Shown here: in pieces, positions 31,761 through 41,203 of the stretch
Layout: the number at the start of each line of letters is the position of its first letter
How positions within the stretch are numbered: position 1 is the first letter of the stretch
Assembly (NCBI GenBank): GCA_963779415.1
Contig: CAVZYA010000002.1
Location: 320,001 to 384,000, forward strand
Direction: 5' to 3'
DNA: 64,000 nucleotides
Source: an uncultured Acidobacteriota bacterium
Lineage (GTDB): Bacteria > Acidobacteriota > Thermoanaerobaculia > UBA5066
The notes under the pieces: generated by a model
What the model saw: the letters and a program-made list of their open reading frames with translations, nothing else
Told to the model about the DNA's origin: nothing
Databases searched by the model: none
Translations under genes and position numbers: made by a program

Positions 31761-33608
31761 ATGCCGGCCGACCCTGCCGCTACAAGACGCCTGATCGAAT
31801 CGCTCTCCACGCATCTCGAGGACCACCTCGCGACATGGAAGTCGTCGCTCGTCGACGCGCGGCGCGACATCGAGGCGCTCCTTGCGGCCATCTCCGACAA
31901 GATCCCCGCCCAGGCCAAGCCGCTCTTCCCCGAGGACGTCGTCTCCATGATGCTGGAGGACGTCATCCCGCCTCCGCCGCCGCCCGAAACCAGGATCGTC
32001 GAGAGAGTCGTCGAGAAGATCGTCGAGAAGACCGTCCCCGGCGCCGCCGCCCCGGCGGACTGGACCCTCGTCCGCGGCTCTCTCTCCTCCGTCGAGTCGG
32101 CGCGGACCCAGGTGGACGTCCTGACCCGCTTCATCGCGCAGGCCGCCACGCATGCGTCGCGCGTCGCCCTCCTCGTCCTCCGGAACGACCGGATCACGGG
32201 ATGGAAGGCGATGGGCTTCGACGCCTCGGGCGGACACGACGAGTCGGTTCGCTCGGCCGACCTCGGCGCGGAGGAGGACGCCTTCGCCAGCGACGTGATC
32301 CGCGCCCAGCGTTCGCGCCTCGCGGAGCCCCCCGACGAGTCCGCGCCGCTCCGGAAGGCGCTGGGCGGACGGCCGGCCGCGCGGACGCTCCTCGTGCCGA
32401 TGGTCATCCGGGACCGTCTCGCCGGACTCGTCTACGCGGACGAGCTCCCCGGCGAGGAGGGGCGGCTGAACGAAGCGGCCATCGAAGTCCTCACGTTCGT
32501 CACGGGACTCGCGGTGGACCTCCTCGCCGCCCGGAAGAAGATCCCCTCGCCCGCGCTGACGCCGACCGGGGAGTCGATCGAGCACTTCCGGGTCGTCGCG
32601 CACGAGGCGCCGGCCGCAAGGCCCGCTCCCCCCCTGGTCTTCGACGTTCCGGCTGCTGCCGCGCCGGCCGGGCCGGCGCGCGAGCCGGTCAAGCACGCGG
32701 CCCTCGAGCCGCCGGTCTCGGCGAGCGGAATCCGGCCGCGCCCGATGGCGGCCGAAGAGCAGCTTCGCGCTCTCGCCGAGTCGGCCGGGATCACCCGGAA
32801 GCCGGTTCCTCCGGCTCCTGGCGACGCCGGGGTCACCGTCGCCGTCCCGACGCTCGTTCCGCCGCCTCCACAGCCTCCGCCGCCGCACGTCGCGGCCCCG
32901 CCGCCCTCCCATCTACTCGCTCCTCCGCCCCCGCCGGTTCCGGTCGAGCCTCCTACACCGGCGGCGCCTCCGGAGCTGGACCTTCACCTCGAACCCGTCG
33001 CGGAGCCCGCGCACACGCCCCCGCCGCCGGCGCCGACGGTTCCGGCACTCGCACCCCCGCCGGTCCCGACCCGCCCGCCGAGTTCCTTCCCGCCCCCTCT
33101 TTCGCAGACGACGACCGGCGACATCAGGCAGGCTTTCGACTCCCTGCGCGGTACCGCCGGGCCCTCCGTTCCCGCTCAGGTCCCTCCCCCCGCCGTCATT
33201 CCACACGCTCCCCCGCCGGCCCCCATGACGCCGCCCCCCACGATTCCCGCCGTCGGCGCAAAGCCTGCGGCTGCGGCCCCAACGACCGAGGTCCGTCCGA
33301 TTTCCGGCTTCATCCCGCGCTCACGGCTCGCGGGGGGAGCCGCCGATCCTCAGCGGCAGCGGGACGACGCCCGCCGCCTCGCCCGTCTTCTCGTCTCCGA
33401 GATCAAGCTCTACAACGAAAAGAAGGTCGAGGAAGGGCGCGCGGCGAACGACCTCTACGAGCGGCTGAAGGACGACATCGACCGGAGCCGCCAGGTCTTC
33501 GAGGAACGGACTCCCGAAGCGATCCGCCGCGAGGGGGACTTCTTCCGCGACGAGCTCGTCCGGATCCTCGCCGACGGACGCGCCGAGGCGCTTGGCTCCG
33601 CGGGCTGA
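31761..33608 (+). CDS. Hypothetical protein: GAF-like domain, long Pro-rich linker, helical C-terminal domain
   Basis: LLVPMVIRDRLAGLVYAD GAF-like strands; poly-Pro stretch; ARRLARLLVSEIKLYN C-terminal motif; SD GAGGAG. Confidence 0.65.
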   Translation: MPADPAATRRLIESLSTHLEDHLATWKSSLVDARRDIEALLAAISDKIPAQAKPLFPEDVVSMMLEDVIPPPPPPETRIVERVVEKIVEKTVPGAAAPADWTLVRGSLSSVESARTQVDVLTRFIAQAATHASRVALLVLRNDRITGWKAMGFDASGGHDESVRSADLGAEEDAFASDVIRAQRSRLAEPPDESAPLRKALGGRPAARTLLVPMVIRDRLAGLVYADELPGEEGRLNEAAIEVLTFVTGLAVDLLAARKKIPSPALTPTGESIEHFRVVAHEAPAARPAPPLVFDVPAAAAPAGPAREPVKHAALEPPVSASGIRPRPMAAEEQLRALAESAGITRKPVPPAPGDAGVTVAVPTLVPPPPQPPPPHVAAPPPSHLLAPPPPPVPVEPPTPAAPPELDLHLEPVAEPAHTPPPPAPTVPALAPPPVPTRPPSSFPPPLSQTTTGDIRQAFDSLRGTAGPSVPAQVPPPAVIPHAPPPAPMTPPPTIPAVGAKPAAAAPTTEVRPISGFIPRSRLAGGAADPQRQRDDARRLARLLVSEIKLYNEKKVEEGRAANDLYERLKDDIDRSRQVFEERTPEAIRREGDFFRDELVRILADGRAEALGSAG

Positions 33609-33624
33609 CGACGCTCGCCCGATC

Positions 33625-35880
33625 GTGACCCGACCCGTGAGGCGCACGACGGCCTGCGCCGTTTTCCTGCTGCTGCTCGCATCGCCGGGGCTCTTCGGAG
33701 ACGAGCCGGCGATCCCTCTCTCGAGTCCGAGCGAGCGGCTCGCGACGTTCCGGCAGCTCCTTCGGGAGGAGGGGAGCGCCTCGTCCCGCGCCGCCGCGGT
33801 GGGACTGCCGCTCAGCGCCGGAGAGAGTCTCTGGCCCGTCCGGCTTCGGACGGCCCGGGCAGTTCTCGCCCTCCCGGGGGGGAGCGATCCGACGATCGGA
33901 ACCACGGACGCTCTCCCGACGGGCCGGCTCGGGCTCCCCGGCCTCGCGGGCTGGATCTCACTGATGGGGGAGAACCCGACCGTCCGCGCGCTTCTCGCCT
34001 ACGCGACGTCCGAGCCGTTCGAGCCTCTCGCGCGCGACGCCGCGGTCCTCGCCGCGCGGGTCGCGCGGACCTCCGGAGAGAAGAGCGCCGCGCGGACGGC
34101 TCTGGCCGGATGGGACACGCACGGGCCGCGGGGAGCGCGGGCCGCCATCGACATCGCGCTCGCGCGCGCCCGTGTCGCGGCGACCGCCGCCGACGCGAGG
34201 CGGCTCCGTCTGGGACTCGCGGCCGCGTTTCCCGACGCTCCGGAACGGGCCGGAGATCTCTTCGACACAACCGACCTCGCCGAGTTCGAAGCGGCCGTTC
34301 GCGCAGGCCCCGAAGAGGTCCGGGCGGCTCGCGCTCTCGTCCTCGTCTCCCGCAATTCGAGGCAGGCCTCGAGGCTCGTTCCCCGCTTTCCCGTCTCGAC
34401 GGCCGCCCGGCTCGACGCCGCCCAGACTCGCCTCGCCCTCGGCGATACCGTAGAGGCGCTCCGGATCGCCCGGCTGGTCCGGGCCTCCGGGACAGACGGC
34501 GTGCCCGCTCTCCGTTCACGCGCCCTCGAGCTCGACGCCGAGATGAGAAGCCTCCTTCGGAGCGAGAGCGCGCCGGCCCCGGGGCGCCGCTCGCGCCACG
34601 GACGCGCGAAGAGACCCACGACTCCCCCCGTCGCGCCCCGGGCCTTCAGCGACCCGGCACGCCGACGTGCCGACGAATTTCTTTCTCGCGCAGACGCGCT
34701 CTTCGCACAGCCCCTCGCCGCGGCCGACCGCCGACGCCTTCTCGCAGACGCCGCGCGCCTCGCGCACCGATCGGGCCGGGACGACATCGCCCGCCGCCTT
34801 CTCGAGGAGCTTCTCGTTCTCGATCCCGGCTCGGAGGCGGTCGCGAGCGACCTCTTCCGGGAAGCCTTCGAGGAATACCGGCACGGCCGATTCGCCGAGG
34901 CGGCCGCCACCTTCGAGCAGCAGGCTCTCCTCTATCGCGAACCCGCGATCCGCCGGCGTTCGACGTATTGGGCCGGGCGCGCCCGCGAGAAGGCCGGTTC
35001 GGCGGAGGCGGCGCACGCACACTTCGCGTCCCTCCTCGCCGGCACTTCGCCCGACCTCTATGCAACCTGGGCGGCAGCGGCGCTCGGTCTCCCGCCTCCC
35101 GGAGGGGCACCGTCCCCACCCCTCGGGGAGGACCCGGGCGGCCTCGGCGCCGACTCTCCGGGGCTCCCTTCGCGCGAGCTCCTCGCCTGTGGCCTTCCCG
35201 ACCTCGCCGAGGACGCCGCCGAGGCGGAGGGGAGCGACGATCCTCTCTTTCTCGCGTCCACCGCGGCGGAGAGGGGAGACCACCGCCGCGCCGTCACGTA
35301 TCTCAAACAGCGCTGGCCCGAGCTCGGCTCGCCGGAGGAGGGAGGCGTCCCCCTCTTCGTCCGGCATCTCTATTACCCCAACGACCATGCGGCCCTTCTC
35401 TCCGGCCTCGCGACCGCCTCCGCGGTCCCCCCCGCCCTCGTCTTCGGCCTCGTCCGGCAGGAGAGCGTCTTCTCCTCCGGCATCCATTCCCGCGCGGGCG
35501 CCGTCGGGCTGATGCAGCTGATGCCGGCCACCGGGCGGCAGCTCCACCGGCGCGAAGGACACGGGGGACGCCCCGATCTCGAGAACCCCGCGGTCAACGC
35601 CCGTCTCGGCGTCACCTACCTGCGCCGGCTCCTCGACGACTTCGGCGGAGACGCCGTCCTCGCCCTCGCCGCCTACAACGCGGGGCCCGCGAGGGCGCGC
35701 CGATGGAGATCCGACCTCGCCGCCCTCCCCGCCGACGAGTTCTTCGAATCGATCCCCTTCTCCGAGACCCGCTTCTACGTCAAGCGCGTCCTCTTCTTCG
35801 AAGGGGCGTACGCGTCGCTCTACGGTGTTTCCGCCTCGGCCCCGGCCCCGCCGGTCAGGATCGGCTCCGTCGTTCCCTGA
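33625..35880 (+). CDS. Lytic transglycosylase (SLT domain) with helical/TPR N-terminus
   Basis: RQES catalytic Glu, GAVGLMQLMP, AAYNAG, IPFSETRFYVKRV. Start approximate. Confidence 0.85.
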   Translation: MTRPVRRTTACAVFLLLLASPGLFGDEPAIPLSSPSERLATFRQLLREEGSASSRAAAVGLPLSAGESLWPVRLRTARAVLALPGGSDPTIGTTDALPTGRLGLPGLAGWISLMGENPTVRALLAYATSEPFEPLARDAAVLAARVARTSGEKSAARTALAGWDTHGPRGARAAIDIALARARVAATAADARRLRLGLAAAFPDAPERAGDLFDTTDLAEFEAAVRAGPEEVRAARALVLVSRNSRQASRLVPRFPVSTAARLDAAQTRLALGDTVEALRIARLVRASGTDGVPALRSRALELDAEMRSLLRSESAPAPGRRSRHGRAKRPTTPPVAPRAFSDPARRRADEFLSRADALFAQPLAAADRRRLLADAARLAHRSGRDDIARRLLEELLVLDPGSEAVASDLFREAFEEYRHGRFAEAAATFEQQALLYREPAIRRRSTYWAGRAREKAGSAEAAHAHFASLLAGTSPDLYATWAAAALGLPPPGGAPSPPLGEDPGGLGADSPGLPSRELLACGLPDLAEDAAEAEGSDDPLFLASTAAERGDHRRAVTYLKQRWPELGSPEEGGVPLFVRHLYYPNDHAALLSGLATASAVPPALVFGLVRQESVFSSGIHSRAGAVGLMQLMPATGRQLHRREGHGGRPDLENPAVNARLGVTYLRRLLDDFGGDAVLALAAYNAGPARARRWRSDLAALPADEFFESIPFSETRFYVKRVLFFEGAYASLYGVSASAPAPPVRIGSVVP

Positions 35881-35891
35881 CCCCGCCCGCC

Positions 35892-37301
35892 TCAGCGCCG
35901 AAGCGTCGCGAAGGCGGCGAGCGCCGCCACGCGCGCGGCGGCGTGCTCGACGACGGGAGCGGGGTAGTCGCGCGGCGGATCCGCAAGGTTCCATGGCTCG
36001 TGTACCGCCACGCCCGCGACATCCGAAAGCTCCGGCACGAAACGCCGGACGAAGATTCCCTCGGGGTCGAATTTTCGCCCCTGCAGGACGGGGTTGAAGA
36101 TCCGGAAGAACGGCTGTGCGTCGGTCCCCGAGCCTGCCGCCCACTGCCAGCCGCCGCTGTTCGACGCGACGTCGCCGTCGGCAAGGTGCCGCCGGAAGAG
36201 GGCTTCCCCTTTCCGCCAGTCGACGAGGAGGTCCTTCGTCAGGAACGACGCCACGATCATCCGGACCCGGTTGTGCATCCATCCTTCGCGAAGAAGCTGC
36301 CGCATCCCGGCATCCACGATCGGATAACCGGTCCGGCCTTCGGCCCACGCCAAGAAGCGCCGCGCCTCCTTCTCTCCGGAGATCCAGGGGAACCGGTCGA
36401 ACTCCGGCCGGATGTTCTCCGTTGCGGCGCCCGGGAAGCTCTCGAGGACCGAGGCGTAGAACTCCCGCCAGGCAAGTTCCTTCACGAACGTCTCGATCGA
36501 CCGCTTTCCCGCGGCGTCCGCTTCTCGAAAGACCGCGCGCGCTTCGGAAAAGAGCCGACGGACGCCGATCGTGCCGAAGCGGAGGTGCGGCGAAAGGCGC
36601 GACGTCCCGGGAAGGTCGGGCCGGTCTCTCTCCCCGGCGTACCGTTTGAGCGCCCCGGACCGGAACGCATTCCAGAGGAGGCGCGCCTCGCGCGCGCCTC
36701 CTTTCGGATTCTCCGGGGCGCCTTTTTCGCGGAATCCACGAGACTTCGAGAGGGGAATCGAGGGGAAGGACGGGGCGAGGACGGCGGCCGGGGTCGGGAT
36801 CTCTCCCGGCTCCGGGAGCGGCGGCTCCTTGTCGCGCTCGAGCCAGCGGCGGGCGAACGGCGTGAAGACGGTGAACGGCTTTCCGGCCGCCGACGTCAGG
36901 GAGCCCGCCGGGACGAGATGGAGGTCCTCGACGAGATGGAGGTGCGCGCCGACCGCCTCGAGCGAAATTCGTGCCCTGGTCTCGCGCTCCTTCGCGTGCG
37001 GCTCGTGGTCGCGGTGGGTGAAAACGGCGTCGGCCCCCGTCTCCCGGCAGAGCGCGACGAGCGAATCGGCCGGTGGGCCCTTCCGGACGACGAGGCGCGA
37101 GCCGCGATCCCGGAGAGCCGCGGCGAGTTCGCCGAGCGAGTCGGCGAGGACCGCCTGTCGTGGCGGCGAATCGTCGCCCGGAACGCCGTTGTCGAAGACG
37201 AAGACCGGCACGACCGCGTCGGCGTGCCGGAGGGCTGCAGAGAGGGCCGCGTTGTCGTCCAGCCGGAGGTCGCGTCGGAGCCAGACGACGGCGGCGGTCA
37301 C
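35892..37301 (-). CDS. phrB: Deoxyribodipyrimidine photolyase (class I CPD)
   Basis: WLRRDLRLDDN, TSRLSPHLRFG, GRTGYPIVDAGMRQL, WMHNRVRM, GGWQW. Confidence 0.93.
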   Translation of the reverse strand: MTAAVVWLRRDLRLDDNAALSAALRHADAVVPVFVFDNGVPGDDSPPRQAVLADSLGELAAALRDRGSRLVVRKGPPADSLVALCRETGADAVFTHRDHEPHAKERETRARISLEAVGAHLHLVEDLHLVPAGSLTSAAGKPFTVFTPFARRWLERDKEPPLPEPGEIPTPAAVLAPSFPSIPLSKSRGFREKGAPENPKGGAREARLLWNAFRSGALKRYAGERDRPDLPGTSRLSPHLRFGTIGVRRLFSEARAVFREADAAGKRSIETFVKELAWREFYASVLESFPGAATENIRPEFDRFPWISGEKEARRFLAWAEGRTGYPIVDAGMRQLLREGWMHNRVRMIVASFLTKDLLVDWRKGEALFRRHLADGDVASNSGGWQWAAGSGTDAQPFFRIFNPVLQGRKFDPEGIFVRRFVPELSDVAGVAVHEPWNLADPPRDYPAPVVEHAAARVAALAAFATLRR

Positions 37302-37308
37302 GCCCTTC

Positions 37309-37782
37309 CTACGGCGTCGCGGGATGCCGGGACGCTTTTCCGCCCCGGGGCCGGCACGAAGCGCAGAGGCCCCGGATCTGGTGCGCGTGCGAGCTGGCGA
37401 GGAAATCGTGCTGCCGGCAGACGGCTTCCTGCCGCCGCTCGATCGCCCGGTCGACGAACTCGAACACCTTCCCGCACGACGTGCAGACGAGGTGGTCGTG
37501 GTGCTCGCCCGTCCGGAGCCGCTCGTACCGGTACTTCTCTTCGTTGAGGCGGACGCGGCCGACGAGGCCGCACTCGAAGAGAAGCTCCAGTGTCCGGTAG
37601 ACGGTCGCGCGGCTGATCTTCGCTCCCCGCTCGCGCATCCGGAGGACGAGGTCCTCCGCGTCGAAATGCCGGTGGGTCGAGAAGATCTCGTCGAAGAGCG
37701 CCGTCCGTTCGCGTGTCGTCTTCAGCCCCCGGCGCTTGAGAAAGTCGGAGAAGAGGCGTCGTTCTTCAGTGTGAGAACTCAT
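37309..37782 (-). CDS. Fur-family transcriptional regulator
   Basis: SRATVYRTL helix, HHDHLVCTSCG, second CxxC (CASC). Confidence 0.9.
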   Translation of the reverse strand: MSSHTEERRLFSDFLKRRGLKTTRERTALFDEIFSTHRHFDAEDLVLRMRERGAKISRATVYRTLELLFECGLVGRVRLNEEKYRYERLRTGEHHDHLVCTSCGKVFEFVDRAIERRQEAVCRQHDFLASSHAHQIRGLCASCRPRGGKASRHPATP

Positions 37783-37792
37783 CTCGATTAGA

Positions 37793-38641
37793 TTACCCCA
37801 TCCGGCGCTTGGACCACGAGACTTCTCCGGCCACCCGCCGCAGGCCGGCCGGGTCGAGGTAAGGGGGATGTCCCGGAACCTCCCTCGCCTCCCCCTTCAG
37901 CCGGGCAAGGACGCCGCTTCGGGCGAGGCCCGGCTCCTTCGAAAGGAGACGGGTCGCCGCCCCCGCGACGAGCGACGCGGCGAACGAGGTTCCCCCGGCC
38001 GTCTCGGGTGTCCGGCCCCCGTCGACCGCCGGAACCACCAGGGGCGTCGAGGGGGAAAGGAGGTCGGGCTTCGGGACCCCCCGGACCCGCCCGAACCGGG
38101 GTCCCGCCGCCGGCGCGTCGTGGTCGAGGTCCCACCCCCCGACGCCGATCGCGTGCGAAGAGGAGGCGGGAGAGACGCAGTGCGCCTGGGGATCCCACCC
38201 GGCCGCGGCGAGAACCACCAGCCCGGCCTCGTCCAGCTCCCTGACGAGGCCGGGCACGGGGCTCGGCGCCCCTGGGGTCTCCGGGTCGTCGCCGAAGGGG
38301 CAGAGGAGGACCCGGACGCCGAATTCCGGTCCCTCGCGAAGAAGCCACTCGAAGGCGCGGACGATCGCGGCGCGGGGAACCCGATGTCCCTCGCCGACCT
38401 TCACGAGAACGACCGGAGCGCCCGGAGAGAGGGAGCGGATCCCGCTCGACCGGCCGTCCCCGGCCGCAAGGAGCATCGTCCGGGTCCCGTGCTCGGCGAA
38501 CGTCGCCGGATCCCCGTACCGGAAGGGGCGGAGGACCCTTCCCGTCGCATCGCGCGAGGCGAGAACGCGCCGGGACGGAAGGTCGGGGTGCTTCGTGAAG
38601 CCCACGTCGAGGACCGCGAGGGCAGGGGGATCGGGGTGCAT
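37793..38641 (-). CDS. Short S8 subtilase-like protein without signal or propeptide
   Basis: Triad motifs VLDVGF, EHGT, GGTSFAA; KPDLLSP. Confidence 0.7.
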   Translation of the reverse strand: MHPDPPALAVLDVGFTKHPDLPSRRVLASRDATGRVLRPFRYGDPATFAEHGTRTMLLAAGDGRSSGIRSLSPGAPVVLVKVGEGHRVPRAAIVRAFEWLLREGPEFGVRVLLCPFGDDPETPGAPSPVPGLVRELDEAGLVVLAAAGWDPQAHCVSPASSSHAIGVGGWDLDHDAPAAGPRFGRVRGVPKPDLLSPSTPLVVPAVDGGRTPETAGGTSFAASLVAGAATRLLSKEPGLARSGVLARLKGEAREVPGHPPYLDPAGLRRVAGEVSWSKRRMG

Positions 38642-38688
38642 GGAGGCCGGGAGTGTAGCGGCCCGGCGCCGCTACGTAAGATCGGACC

Positions 38689-39108
38689 ATGAAGTCCTAC
38701 CGGAAAGTCCTGACGCTGAACGTTCCGAAGAGGATCGGCTTTCGGAACATCACCCCCGAGGTCGAAGCCGCCGTGAAGGAGAGCGGGGTGACGGAGGGTC
38801 TCTGCCTCGTCAACCCGATGCACATCACCGCGTCGGTCTTCGTGAACGACGACGAGCAGGGGCTCCACCGCGACTACGAGAGCTTCTTCGAGAGCCTCGT
38901 CCCGCATGAGCCCGTCGGGCAGTACCGCCACAACGACACGGGCGAGGAGAACGCCGACGCCCACATCAAGCGACAGCTGATGGGGCGCGAGGCCGTCGTC
39001 GCGATCACGAACGGCCGGCTCGATTTCGGGACCTGGGAACGGATCTTCTACGGCGAATGGGACGGCCGGAGGCCGAAGCGGATTCTCATAAAGGTCATCG
39101 GGGACTAG
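38689..39108 (+). CDS. YjbQ/UPF0047 family protein
   Basis: [33 protein letters not shown]. Confidence 0.88.
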   Translation: MKSYRKVLTLNVPKRIGFRNITPEVEAAVKESGVTEGLCLVNPMHITASVFVNDDEQGLHRDYESFFESLVPHEPVGQYRHNDTGEENADAHIKRQLMGREAVVAITNGRLDFGTWERIFYGEWDGRRPKRILIKVIGD

Positions 39109-41000
39109 CCCTTCCATCCCTCGGCTTCGAGCCCGAGGGTGATGAGCGCATCCGCGAGAACCGCCGCGCCGGGCGCATCGGCGCCAAGCGTCTCCTCGAA
39201 ACGGGCGCGGACCGTCGCTTCGCGCGCTTCGTCCCGGATCGGCCGGCCGCTCGCCCGCTTCGTCTCCGCGACCGCCCGGCAGAGGGCGAGGCGGCGCGAG
39301 ACGTTCCGCCCGATCTCGGCGTCCACCCGGTCGATGGCGCGGCGGACTCGCTCGACCGAGCCGCTCGGCCCCGGGAGAAAGCCGAACTCGTCGAGGAGCG
39401 CCTCGAGGTCCTCGGGAAGGAGCGCCTGTGGCCCGTCGCAAAGCGCGCTCTCGGGGACGTCATGCACCTCGATCATCAGGCCGTCGGCTCCCGCGCCCCA
39501 GGCCGCGCGCGCGAGGCCCGCCACCAGCTCGCGCCGCCCCGCCGCGTGCGACGGGTCGGCGAGGAGCGGAAGGTGCGTCAGGCCGCGTGCGACGAGGAGG
39601 CCGCCGAGATCGAGCGTGCCGCGCGTTGATTTCTCGAACGTCCGGATCCCCCGCTCGCAGAGCATGACGTCGCGGCTTCCCCCTTCGAGGACGTACTCCG
39701 CGGCGGCGAGCCACTCCTCCACCGTCGTTCCGAAACCGCGCTTGAGGAGCACCGGCCGCCCGCTCTTTCCCGCCTCGCGAAGGAGGTCGTAGTTCTGGCA
39801 GTTCCGCGCGCCGATCTGGAGGACGTCGGCCACCTCGGCCACCGGCCCGACCTGCGCGGGCGCCATCACCTCCGTCACGATCGGGAGTCCGACGGAATCC
39901 CCCGCCGCCTTCAGCCACGAGAGCGCCTCGAAGCCATGTCCCTGGAAGGCGTAGGGGCTCGTCCGCGGCTTGAAGACCCCTCCGCGAAGCGCCGTGGCCC
40001 CCGCGCGGGCCACTTCCCTGGCGAGGCGCATCACCTGGTCGGGAGACTCGACGGCGCAGGGGCCCGCGATGATGGCGCGGTGCCCCCCTCCGACGACGAA
40101 TCCCCTGACCGCGACCACGGTCGGCGGCCGGATCTCCGTGGCCTTTGGAAGGTCCTTCAGGTGGGGCGGCGGGACGTGGTCCGGCGTCGGCCCGAGCCAG
40201 ACGAGCGTCTCTCCCGTCCGGGCCTTCAACCCCGAGGCCTTCGAAACGGATCCGGCCGCGAGGACCGCGAAGCCGTGGACCGGCGTCTCCGGGCTCCCCG
40301 GCAGCGCCAGGATCTCGGCGCCCATCTCCGCGAGCCCGGCCGCGAGGCGGGCCCCGGCGAAGCGGAGGGCGCGGATCGAGGGCTCGACGTCGTGGCCGCT
40401 TTCCCGGAGGAGACGGAAGAACCGCGTCGCGTTCGGCCGGAGGTCGGAGACGTCCTCCTCCAGGATGACGAGTCCCGCTTCGAGCGCCGCCTCCTCGGCG
40501 CAGACCGCGGCGCGAGGGCCCCCGAGCGCTGCGACCCGCTGGGCCGCCTCGGCCGTGTCGTACGTCTCGAAGACGACCGCGTCGAGGCTTGCGAGGAGCT
40601 TCCCGCACTGCCGGAGGGCCGGAGGCTGCGACCAGACCTCCCGGATCCCCCGAAGCTCCACGCCGCGCGGAGCCGCAAGGACGAGCCGAACGGGAATCTC
40701 GATCTCGTCGGCGACGATGAGGCGCGCTCCCCCGGGCGCGAGGATTCGCGCGAGAGCCTCGAGCGGCTCGAGGATCGGCCCGGCAACTCGTGTCGCCGCC
40801 GGGATCACGGCCTCGTCCACCTCTCCGGCCGCGAGGGCGCGGAGGAGCCTGTCGAACGACGGATAGGGGACCGGCCGGCCGCAGCGGGCGGCGGCCCGGG
40901 CCGAGAACGAGCCGGGCTGTCCCTGATAGCCCGTGTTTGGGCTTGCCACCGGTGTCGTCGTGTCGTTCTCCCGGATGGTCTCGCTCATCGTCGCCTCCAC
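39105..41000 (-). CDS. Fusion: prephenate dehydratase-like domain + DAHP synthase (I-beta) + chorismate mutase (AroQ)
   Basis: [10 protein letters not shown]...ALRQC...NATRF (PDT); [36 protein letters not shown] (DAHPS); [11 protein letters not shown]...RR...K...IRD..RE (CM). Start 41000 (GTG) or 40988 (ATG). Confidence 0.88.
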   Translation of the reverse strand: MEATMSETIRENDTTTPVASPNTGYQGQPGSFSARAAARCGRPVPYPSFDRLLRALAAGEVDEAVIPAATRVAGPILEPLEALARILAPGGARLIVADEIEIPVRLVLAAPRGVELRGIREVWSQPPALRQCGKLLASLDAVVFETYDTAEAAQRVAALGGPRAAVCAEEAALEAGLVILEEDVSDLRPNATRFFRLLRESGHDVEPSIRALRFAGARLAAGLAEMGAEILALPGSPETPVHGFAVLAAGSVSKASGLKARTGETLVWLGPTPDHVPPPHLKDLPKATEIRPPTVVAVRGFVVGGGHRAIIAGPCAVESPDQVMRLAREVARAGATALRGGVFKPRTSPYAFQGHGFEALSWLKAAGDSVGLPIVTEVMAPAQVGPVAEVADVLQIGARNCQNYDLLREAGKSGRPVLLKRGFGTTVEEWLAAAEYVLEGGSRDVMLCERGIRTFEKSTRGTLDLGGLLVARGLTHLPLLADPSHAAGRRELVAGLARAAWGAGADGLMIEVHDVPESALCDGPQALLPEDLEALLDEFGFLPGPSGSVERVRRAIDRVDAEIGRNVSRRLALCRAVAETKRASGRPIRDEAREATVRARFEETLGADAPGAAVLADALITLGLEAEGWKG

Positions 41001-41011
41001 GCCCTCGAATG

Positions 41012-41053
41012 AAAAAAGCCCCCCTCCGCCGTCTGTCTCGGGGAGGGGGGCTT
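41012..41053 (-). terminator. Rho-independent attenuator terminator upstream of the aromatic fusion gene
   Basis: Minus strand AAGCCCCCCTCC-loop-GGAGGGGGGCTT followed by TTTT. Confidence 0.85.
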
Positions 41054-41082
41054 CTCTTGAAGCCCGGGTGTCTCGCGCGGCC

Positions 41083-41166
41083 TTACGCGGCCGGCCCCCT
41101 CCCTGCCGTCGGATACGAGTATCCGAAGTGGGTAGAGCGGGCCGTCGTAAAGAGTCGCGCGTTCAT
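41083..41166 (-). CDS. Phe/Tyr-containing attenuator leader peptide MNARLFTTARSTHFGYSYPTAGRGPAA
   Basis: 27-codon ORF with F..FGYSY; its GGGAGGGGGC segment is complementary to the 5' arm of the terminator (antiterminator). Confidence 0.75.
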   Translation of the reverse strand: MNARLFTTARSTHFGYSYPTAGRGPAA

Positions 41167-41203
41167 CGAGGCAGACAGCGTACCTTGCCTGTCAAGCCGG
41201 AGT

